Of a DNA stretch of 64,000 nt, positions 53,342-64,000 are shown piece by piece. The position numbers were made by a program, and so were the translations under genes. Origin of the DNA: Octopus sinensis (Eukaryota); assembly GCF_006345805.1 (NCBI RefSeq), contig NC_043012.1:41850001-41914000 (forward strand), given 5' to 3'. Below the pieces are notes generated by a model, which was given only the letters and a program-made list of their open reading frames with translations, ran no database searches and was not told where the DNA came from. The first letter of the stretch is position 1, and the number at the start of each line of letters is the position of its first letter.

Positions 53342-53926
53342 ACCTTTCAACACACAATTTTGGTACAGTTAAAACCTGTTATATCACACACATATACACA
53401 CGCACGCGAACGTACCCTCATGCACATCCAAACATATACACATCCACAATTCTCACTCTTTCTGCTATTGAATTTTAAGATTTATTTTTTCCATGATTTC
53501 GTCAAAGGAAACAAAGAGAAGGAAAATAAAAAAATAAAAAAATAAGATAAAATAAAGGAAAAGAAATATAAATAAAAGAAGAAACAAACCCGAAAATTCC
53601 TCTTATATTTTTTCTTTAATGTTAAGCAAATATTTCCTAATCGTTTCCTTTTATTCATTTTCATTGAATAAGTTTTCAGATAACGGTAAGGGTTAGCATT
53701 CATAACGATTACGTCATTTTTTACTCCACCAAAATATGGCTATACATTTCCTCAATTAACGTCCGTCAGTTCGCATTGTGTGATGGGCGTCAACAGGTCA
53801 TGTAACTAAGAGAAGAAAAAAACAACATGACAACTTTTGAATGATGAAACTAGCGCTAGTAATAGGGATAGAAGTATGTTGCGGCTTCATCCAACAGTAG
53901 TAGATCAAGTGTTAAATGATTTATAT

Positions 53927-53986
<60 letters not shown>

Positions 53987-55887
53987 TACATACATACATA
54001 CATACATACATACATACATACATACAAACAGTCTTTAGGCAAAAACGTACTTTAGGTTAGTTGAAATATATTTGTGACATATCTCAAATGCTAAAGATAA
54101 ATTTACTGCAATTACCGTGGAGAAAAATGTCCTCTTATAGTAAAATAAAAAAAAGGTGTGAAAACACTATGTCCAGAGTTGCCTCTCTTCGGTATTTCCC
54201 ATTGATTACGGCTAAAAAGTTAGAAACATTGGTGCCTGGGAATCCGACAGGTGGCAGCACTGGACAGATATGGTATTTTTACATTTTAAAAAAAAACTAA
54301 CCTAAAGTTCCTTTATGCCTAAACCTTGCTTGGTGCTGATATTACTGTAATTTTCCCGATCTTGGCCGTCTACTGACGCAAATCGAGCAAAGTTGTTGAC
54401 TGTATTTTAGTTAAAGCCACTTCTTGATCAGATCTATCCAGAGTTGCCTCTCTTAGTATTTCCCACTGATGATGACTAACGAACCTACGTTACCTTGCTA
54501 TCTGTTCTTTTCAACTAGTTGATACTTTCCTTATGATTCTGGCTGTGCCAAAGAAGAAAAGCTTTTGTAACAGCTCTGTTGGGCACTCTGTTCCTATTTC
54601 TTTTATATTCTACATAATTCCTTGATGCCTTTTGATACTGGCGCCAAAGACATAACCAATAACTGGCACTATCTTTACCTTCTTCATTCTCCAGTCGAGC
54701 ATTCTCGTATATAAAAAGATTGTATATATCTAATTTTTTTGTCTTCCTTTTTGGCTGTTCATGTATCAAAGGGGCACGTAACATCAATTATAAAGCACGT
54801 GTGGTTCACCTTGTACACCACCTCTAGGTCCTACTTCGTGTACTCAAGCACCTGGTCTGGTTAGATTGGAAATCTCACAGGATTTTGCATGTCTTACACC
54901 CAGTCACTTTGTTTTATTTTTACCACGTCTTACCCCTCTCTATTATTATTATTGTTGTTGTTGTTGTTGTTATTATTATTATTATATGTAAGCTATGAAC
55001 TGGCAGAATCGTAAACGCATAGGACAAAATCCTTAGCGGTATTTCGTTTGTCTTTACGGTTATGAGTTCAAATTCCGCCGAGGTCGACTTTGCCTTTCAT
55101 CCTTTCGGGGTCTATAAATTAAGCACAAGAGAAACACTAGGATCGATATAATCGACTGAACCTCCTCCATCGAGCTGCCCTTGTGGAAAAAGTTTGAACT
55201 CATTATTATTATTATCATCCTTATTATTATTATTATTATTATCATTATTATTATTGTTATTATTATCATTATTATTATTATTGTTATTATTATCATTATT
55301 ATCATGGCTTAGTGGTAAGTGTGTTGCACTCACCATCTTACGATCGTGATTTCAATTCCTAGACCTGGTGGTAGGTTGCGTACTTGAGCAAAAACACCTC
55401 ATCTCACGTTACTCCGTGATCACTTCGACACTTGACGCGTGGCACACCTGTGCACCTGTTCAAACAGAGGGACAGGTGAGCTAATGTGCAGCACGAACAT
55501 TCGATCACTTTAAACAAATCATTTCTGTAGGTCGTTCGGTGAAAGCTGAATATTCGTACGCCGTCTTCGATGGGAGAGTTCATGACTTGTTATTAATGCT
55601 ATTGTAATTGTTTTTGTTGTCGTTGTTGTTGTAGTACGCTGGCTCCTAAACGTGAAATTAGGTCTATACTGCAAGATTTAAATGCACTAAAATTTATCTT
55701 TTGTTATATTTTTCCTGAATATGCTCTGCTGAAATACGGATGAGACTAATCTAGCTGCGCGCCTTTTGTACCATCAAATATCCCAATATTCTTTGTCAGC
55801 TGTGACTCGATTTTGTGGTAACTAAGAGTAGCGATAATCTTTTAAATAATTATATTCCACAAGCACCGTGAACTTGTTATCTCACGG

Positions 55888-55951
<64 letters not shown>

Positions 55952-56025
55952 AATGTGACCGCGGGTGTACCGTTGGCGATTTTTTTCCTCTGTTTTCCCT
56001 TCTCTGGATCTTTCCTTTTCCTATG

Positions 56026-56058
56026 TTTCCGACGAAGAGCTCCGCTCGAAACGTTAAG
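56026..56058 (+). ncRNA. Minimal hammerhead-like motif in a PLE 3' end (about 55945-56161)
   Basis: TTT-CCGACGA-A-GAGC-TCC-GCTC-GAAAC-GTT-AAG; element lies between (TA)n tracts. Confidence 0.65.
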
Positions 56059-56156
56059 CCCCCCTTCTTTCCTTCTTTCCTGAGCGTCCAATAATACTAT
56101 ATTTGTTCCCGTCCTCGCGTTGTTGTGTTTTTTTTTTTGTGCTTTCTTGTTTGGAT

Positions 56157-56229
<73 letters not shown>

Positions 56230-56269
56230 TTATATATATATACATATATACATACATATATACATAAAT

Positions 56270-56301
<32 letters not shown>

Positions 56302-56310
56302 CTATTATAT

Positions 56311-56368
<58 letters not shown>

Positions 56369-56847
56369 TATATCGGTGGGATGGTTTTGTTAAGTGGTGT
56401 TGAGTTTTACCATTCTGTAAATAATAATAATGGTATTTTTTACAAGCTTATATATATATATATATATAATGTGACCCTCGTAGGCACAAGTCCGGGCAAG
56501 TTTGTTTATCGAAGACCAGCAGTTGCCCGAGCATACCAGCTTGGCACCAGTGACGACGCAGCTGATTTATTAACGTGCAAGTGGCTCAGCACTCCACAGA
56601 CACGTGTACCCTTAACGTAGTTCTCGGGGAGATTCAGCGTGACACAGAGTGTGACAAGGCTGGCCCTTTGAAATACAGGTACAACAGACACAGGAATAAA
56701 GAGTGAGAGAAAGTTTTGGTAAAAGAGTACAGCAGGATTTACGACCATCCCCTGCCGGAGCCTCGTGGAGCTTTAGGTGTTTTCGCTCAATAAACACTCA
56801 CAATGCCCGATCTGGGAATCGAAACCGCGATTCTACGATATATATAT

Positions 56848-56881
<34 letters not shown>

Positions 56882-57095
56882 CGGGTGCGGTGAATAAACA
56901 GTCGTCTAAATTACGCAATGGCTCAGTGGTTAGGGACAGCGGACTCGCGGTCGTAGGATCGCGGTTTCGATTCTGAGACCGAGCATTGTGAATGTTTATT
57001 GAGTGTTTATTGTATGCATACACATATATATATATGTATGCATACATGCATGTATGTATGTATCTGTGTGTGTGTGTGTATATTTATATATGTAT

Positions 57096-57156
<61 letters not shown>

Positions 57157-57160
<4 letters not shown>

Positions 57161-57429
57161 TGTTTGTCTGAGGAGAGTAATTTTCTTTTTGTGCCTTATT
57201 ATGTAACACACTCACCAGTAAAATTTCCACTTTTTTCTTATTTATATTGTCCTAAAATTTTCGTTGTGTCTTGCAATCTTTTCAATAGACTCAAAATTAT
57301 TGAAAAGGTTGCAAGACGCACCGAAAATTTTAGGACAATATAAATAAGAAAAAAGTGGAAATTTTACTGGTGAGTGTCTTACATAATAAGGCACAAAAAG
57401 AAAATTACTCTCCCCAGACACAGCAGTAT
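57157..57429. repeat. Foldback with ~130 bp arms and a 10 nt loop
   Basis: 57157-57287 is the reverse complement of 57298-57429, apart from a few mismatches. Confidence 0.88.
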
Positions 57430-57639
57430 ATGCTTCAACACACGAACTCATATAAATAATCTTGCAAACCAAATCCAAAAACGATACATATATATATATA
57501 TGAAGATAGATAGATAGTTGGATAGACTAATAGATGCAGATATACATATATATACGTATGCAGGATGTGATGTCGCCATCTTATATCTTTAATTTCGCGC
57601 ATGCGCATTGTTTTTTTTTGTTATTTTGTCGTCTACACA

Positions 57640-58200
57640 GTATTTTAAGGTCTCTTGGGCACCGTCTGTGAGAAAAGCAGCACCATGACGCAATTCACTC
57701 TGCCAGGAATTTGAAAACATGCTGTACTACTTGGTCTTCATGCCGGAAGCTCCAATACGAACATTTCAGAATGTTTGGGTGTCAATCTGAGGACAGCGCA
57801 ACTTGAGGACATGTACTGAGAGTGATAAAAAATCAAGCATCTAGTTAACATCGTGGTGTTCGGCGTGATCACAAGTGTAAGCGAACTTATGCCTTCACTC
57901 ATCTTTCCGTATGGCCACAGTCTCAACACGGAGGCCTACATCACGTGCCTGGAGGAGGTAGTGGTACCATGGGTCAAGAGGGTGGCTGCTGGAAGACCCT
58001 ATGTCCGTCAACAGGACTCTGCAACATGCCACACAAGCTGGGGAACCCAGTCGTGGCTGTCAGATAATTTCAGCGACCACATCACCCCGAACATCTCGTC
58101 ACCTAACTCCCCAGATTGCAACTACCTTGATTACTATGTGTGGGGCGCAGTTCAGCGAGAGACCAACAAAACTCCTTGTAGCACCAAAAATAAACTGAAG
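57640..58200 (+). mobile_element. Tc1/mariner maT (DD37D) transposase relic
   Basis: VFGVI...QQDSATCH...SPDCNYLDYYVWG, with 37 residues between the last two catalytic Asp. An internally deleted N-terminal HTH lies upstream. Confidence 0.85.
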
Positions 58201-58890
58201 GCACGATATTGTAGCTAGGACACTCTATAATGAAATCCGTCGGAAAGATAACCCGAGGACAAAGAAATAAGAACTAACAGTATGGTAGTATGGTAATAAA
58301 AAGGAGTACTGATGGAATGTCCCAGTGAAGACCGCAATAAGATGTAAGGACAACAGACCTGATATAATGATTTGGGATAGAGAAGAGAAACTGTGCACAG
58401 TTGTGGAAATTAGCTTCCCAGCGGATGTTAACATAAAGCCAAAGAAAAATTTAAAAAGAGAATACCTATGCTGAACTATTGAGAAATCTGCAGTTACTCT
58501 ATCCAGGTTACAAGTTCAGGTTTATACCAGTAATTGTTGGGGACCTGGGATATGTAGCACACTGTTTAAATACGAGTCTTAGGAAATAAGGCTTCTCAAA
58601 ACAGGAAAGGAGAAAGCTGATTCGAAGACTACAGTTCCAATCCATCACTGGGACTGTAAAAATCTGTAAAACTTTCCAGAAGATTATCATTGAAGTATAT
58701 ATGAGCATGTCTAGATTTGCAACTATAAGCATGAGAATACATATATAAAGCAAAACATACAAATTTGCGCATATAAATACATACATAGAAATATACCCTG
58801 TTGTTGATGTTGAAATTCTAATGAAAAAGCCTTGAATCTAGGTTAGAAACCGGCTCTTTCTCTATTGGCCAGAAATCTTGAAATAAAACT
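58200..58890 (+). mobile_element. 3' relic of a LINE with a restriction-like endonuclease (not the Dong family above)
   Basis: RHDIVAR...NRPDIMIWD...VVEIS.P.D...LRNLQLLYPGYKFRFIPVIVGDLG, then a 3' UTR ending near CATA-like repeats. Confidence 0.75.
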
Positions 58891-59640
58891 GAGATTCATA
58901 CACACATACATGCATGTATATTTCATGGCATACCTTAACACTAACTGAATACGTGCTATGGAACTGACCCCGCTAAAGGTGTCTTAAATGCTTTTAGCAG
59001 ACTCTACTCTCATACAATCATTTGCGCCAGATTTCCGATTTGAGAGTTCGTTCTTCCCCACCGCACACTACGTCACAAGCATCGGTGACCACATAATGAG
59101 TCATGGGCATTACCCACTTCTGACTAAAAGCTTTTGGGAATTGTATCTTTCATCAGGCGATGTAAGAAGACAAAATCCATCTGTAACCAGCATTTACCTA
59201 AGAGAAATATGTCGAAAAGCAGGCATTTATATATCCAACCGGCTAAAATCATCTTACGAGGAAAAATCAATTCAAGTGTTCAGCATAGAATAAACTTCCG
59301 AAGAACGTACATCCTGAGCAATATAAAATAGATACGCATTCTATGAGGTACACCATAGTTAGTCTCAGCAATGTACTATTCACTGAAAGTGCTCAATAAA
59401 ATAGTCATAAAGCTATGAAATATTTGAGACCATGGTATAAGTCTACAGTAGAAAACAAGAAACGAATGTCCTGCTGATACTAATTACAAAGGAATTATAC
59501 GGGATCTTTTATCAGCAAATTTACCATTGAGAAGATTTGCAGAAATTTCCAGTGTGAAGATAAATGTTGAGAGATTGTGTGAGATAGCTAATCGTTTCCG
59601 AGTGAAACTTTGGTTACACACACACACTCAGACGCACGCA

Positions 59641-59742
<102 letters not shown>

Positions 59743-59867
59743 AGCTCTTATCAGTGAGATCGAAACCGGTTCTTCACAACTGCAGAGCTTAGATATTTAT
59801 GCAGACTTATATATCTGTGTGCGCGAGTGTGTGCATGTGTGTGCGTGAGTGTGCCTGCGTGTGTATG

Positions 59868-59923
<56 letters not shown>

Positions 59924-60742
59924 ATCTATGTGTGTACATCTGCGTGTATCCTGATTGCATCAACTTGACACACAATGCCCATATCATTACTCACTCCATA
60001 CATATATTCATACCTACCCACCTACATCCATGCAACAACCATACATCCATGCAAACAAGTCATTCAACAAACAACAAAATATCAAAGTATAAATCGCCCC
60101 CATCGATCATTTAGAAAAAACACTCTAAATGACTAAAAGTACAAACACAACAATAAAACATCTCACGTGACATATATGTACATCCGGCTGAAATACCTGC
60201 ATCACTAAATGACAAGCACCAATATCGACCTATCGACTTCCTTCTTGCCAGTTTACAGCCATTATTACACACGACACGTGTTTCGAAAACGATAGGTGCC
60301 TTCCCTCGCTGTACACGGGCACAAACCACCACCATCACCACCAACCCACAGACATGCTATCATATGTATGTATGCATTTTTATGCATGTATGTATGTGTG
60401 TATGTGAGTGTGTGTACAGAGGAAGGGGGAAGGTTATTTCGCATTATAATTGAACAAAAATGAATTAATTTGTCATTTGTTCATCTGTTTTTCATTTCAC
60501 CCCTCCTCTCTCTCTCCCTATTTGTAAATTTTGTAAATAACACAAACACACGCACACACACACACAAACACACACAAACACACAGACATGTGTACGTGTG
60601 TGTGTGAGTGTGTATTCATGTATATTCATAAATATATATATAAATGTGTGTATATATATATGTATATATATATATATACAAAATGAGAAAATGGAGAAAC
60701 ACCTAAATCAATCATATATATATATATATATAGCGTATATGA

Positions 60743-60779
<37 letters not shown>

Positions 60780-60816
60780 GTATATGAGTGTATATATATA
60801 TATATAGCGTATATGA

Positions 60817-60859
<43 letters not shown>

Positions 60860-60968
60860 CTATAGACATCTTGTCTAGTCAAGTTTAGTCAAGTTTTCTT
60901 GTTCTTTGTTTTTGTTTTCTTTGTCTTTGTCAGTTTGTTTCTCGACTTTTCATTATACAAACATACAC

Positions 60969-61016
<48 letters not shown>

Positions 61017-61657
61017 CACACACACACACACACACACAGAAAGAGACCTTATTTGTTTATTTCTCTTTATTTGATGAGTGTGTAAAGCTGTGTGGGTTTG
61101 TAGGTGTGTAGTTTAGAGATAGTTCTGAATCACGTGCGTGTATCTTTTAGTTCCAATAAAAATATTTCTTTTGAATTTAAATAATGATAATCGAATTCCT
61201 TAGAAATAATAATACTGGATTCTTTGAGGGGATGGTTAATGCTCTTGTTTATCTTTGACATTCTTCTATAGACAACGACATTCAGTTCTTTATCACCAGT
61301 GTTCTTGCTGGTGTTACTATTACTGTTGTTGTTCTTTAGCCCCAGGTCAACCTCGTCGTGCTGAACCTACATCAAAGACTTTGTGGTGACGGCTCCAGCC
61401 GTTACCAGAGTCACTGTTTTGTTTTGTTTTTTGTTTGTTTTTTTTATGTTTTTTTTTCTCTACCTCTTGTGTAATTGTGGACTGCATTCTCCACTGCATC
61501 TTTCCGTTATCCCTTTGGGTCTGAAATGAGGGACATTTGGATAGTATTTCTAGCAGTATGAGTTATCCTTTGGAGAGGCTCCCTTGTTGAGCCATCATCA
61601 CCTTTGTTGATGTCCATTTGTAAAGGAATAGAAATTGTTGTTGTTGTTGTTGTTGTT

Positions 61658-61697
<40 letters not shown>

Positions 61698-62494
61698 CTC
61701 CCACTATTTTCACAGCTCACCATTCTCGAGAGAGTCATGGCGGTAGAATCATCAAACACCTCATCCATAGAGTTCTGTCAGAAGCAATCATGACACTTTC
61801 TTGCTGGATTCCTAAGTGTGGCCACCTAAAACTACGGATATCAACCGTAGTCTCAGCTGGTCACGCTTGGTCTATCTCAAATTTTCCTGTCGGATCGCTC
61901 GGTCTGAGAGATCCGCCTTGCGAGGGTTCTTCCCTACGACATTATAATCACATGTCCACAGTACGGAAACTTTGACTCTTAATGCGGATAAGTTGCAACT
62001 CGACTTGAAGAGACTTACTAATCTCCGAGCTACGCACTCTATCGAGTAATGTTGGTCTAGAGATCCTTCGGAGAAACCCTATCTCTGTCGTAGGTATTTG
62101 CGATCGAACTCTTCCGGTCATTGCTCGTCATTGGTAAACGTAGATGAAGAGACTTCAAACTGGCCAGTATAGTATTCTAGCGGATCCTGCGTCGAATTCC
62201 TAACAAAAAACCCTCTTAAACACCTGCCATCCATAACTTGGCCAGGGTTCTCTCTCTCAAAAAAAAAAAATGCATGTTTGGGTGGAGAATGAGGAACAGA
62301 AAGAGGAAAAGGAGGAGGGGGAAGACGAAGAAGACAAGGAAGACGAGGACAACGAGGAAGAGGAAGACGTGGAAAAAAGGAAGAGGAGTATGAGAGAGTC
62401 CATTGTTGATTTCCTAAATCAAGTAACAGTCATCATGTCATATCTTCTATAGGATTTGATTGACTCCATTGAGGCAGAGCTTAAACAGAGAAGA

Positions 62495-62524
<30 letters not shown>

Positions 62525-62526
<2 letters not shown>

Positions 62527-63300
62527 TATGTTTAACTTTTGCTTTACATTTGCACAAGCTGGCTCCAAGTCTCACCCAGACACCTCAAGTGACAACAAGT
62601 TGGAAGTTCATGCTGGTGTTATTCCTGGGGTGCCGTATATTTGGTTTTGTACTTAGTGTTGTTCTAGAGAATGTTTAAGAAACCATAAGAAAATTATGTT
62701 CGTTTATTTTGCGTAGGATATGAGCAGTTCCCATGAGCACTATCTTTTGAATTTCTGCCATTTTGGGGGTTTCCTGATATCTGAGTAAGGTAGCAATCAG
62801 CCCCTTTTGCTATCATTCCCAGGGCACCTATGACAACAGGTATTCTTTTAATCTTCAGGTTCCACATTTTGCTGATTTCTATTTCAAGATCTTTATATTT
62901 GCTCGGTTTTTGGTAGGTCTTGACAGATACGTTTATATCGATTGGGACAGTCATATCAATGAGGAGGCATGATTTTTGTCTGAAGTCTTTCAATATGATG
63001 TCTGGCCTATTCGCATCTATCTTTCTGTCAGTTTGAATGGTGAAGTTCCAGAGGAGTGAGATGTGGTCATTTTCAAACACTGGTAGTGGTTTGTGTTCCC
63101 ACCAGTTTTTATCATGGGGCAAGTCCAGACTTTTGCAAATTATATTGAATATATTGTGCAGCTCTATCATGCCTGTTGAGATACTTTGTAGGCGCAAGAA
63201 GACAACATGATCAATAGTTTCATTTTGTTGTTGACATGCACGACATGTTGGGCTACTGCTGTTCTTTAATATGTTGGCCTGGTAGCTCCTTGTAGGTAGG
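62525..63300 (-). mobile_element. R4/Dong-like LINE 3' fragment, second subfamily
   Basis: LLWNFTIQTDRKIDANRPDII...LIDMTVP...SKYKDLEIEISKMW...IPVVIGALG; (ATT)n at both ends. Confidence 0.85.
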
Positions 63301-63392
<92 letters not shown>

Positions 63393-63404
63393 TATTATTA
63401 TTAT

Positions 63405-64000
63405 TGTTCAGTAGTTTTATTTTATAGCGTGCTTTCACTTCACTACCGAGCGCAGCTCTGTGTGCCTTGGGTATGTGCTGTGATTTGTTGTGATGCTCTG
63501 ATGGTTATTGTATAGAAAGTGTTCTGCGTAGGATGTGTGCAGTGCCTAGTAGTGCAATTTTCTGTATGTTATATGTGTTTGTAAGTCCTGGTGTTTTTGT
63601 TATGTATTTGTCTGAATATTTTTTATCATGCCTAATGCACCTACTATGATAGGAATTGTTTCTGTTTTCAGATTCCACATTCTAGTTACCTCTATTTCCA
63701 GGTCTTTGTATTTTGAGAGTTTCTCCATTTCTTTTAGAGACACGTTGTCATCTGCCGGTATTGATACATCAATTAGAAAGCATTTTTTTCTTCATGATCT
63801 CTGACAACTATATCTGGTCTGTTGGCCTTAATTTCTCTATCTGTGTGTATCGGCATATCCCAGAGTATGGTTGCTTTCTCGTTTTCTGTGACCTTTTCTG
63901 GTGTGTGCCTATACCATCTTTTTTCTGTTGTTATTCCATAATGTTGGCATAGCTTCCAATGTATGTAGGTTCCAACTCTGTCATGTCTGTGAATATATTC
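63405..64000 (-). mobile_element. R4/Dong-like LINE 3' fragment, third subfamily (continues past window end)
   Basis: RHDRVG...ILWD...KANRPDIVVRD...KYKDLEIEV.RMWNLKTETIPIIVGALG; 3' end runs into (TAA)n. Confidence 0.8.

Noticed and set aside
53680-53685. 6 nt micro-exon candidate (ttttcag ATAACG gtaagg)
   Set aside because: Such matches are expected by chance, the pyrimidine tract is weak, and Ile-Thr does not fit the expected motor sequence.

Overview
AT-rich, microsatellite-saturated animal genomic DNA. The repeat repertoire (tRNA-derived SINEs, (TA)n/(TATG)n/(ATT)n tracts, Penelope-like elements, Helitrons) looks like a coleoid cephalopod such as Octopus; this is an inference. The only host gene I can support is nine in-frame GT-AG exons on the + strand (32292-42626, 1236 nt, 412 codons). 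They encode most of a myosin-III-related motor domain with an altered P-loop (GLSGSGKT) and switch II (DMSGFE), possibly the motor of a molluscan myosin-chitin synthase. The start and the continuation of this gene were not found in the window. The rest is mobile DNA. It includes a reconstructable full-length Naiad-type Penelope-like element (PLE) with near-identical pseudo-LTRs, about nine type I hammerhead ribozyme motifs, and many foldback insertions in (TA)n tracts. It also includes Tx1-like LINEs in (GATA)n, R4/Dong-like LINEs plus a non-coding partner in (TAA)n, Helitrons, mariner/maT relics, RTE relics and SINEs. All coordinates were read by eye, and repeat boundaries are approximate. 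No database searches or folding computations were run.
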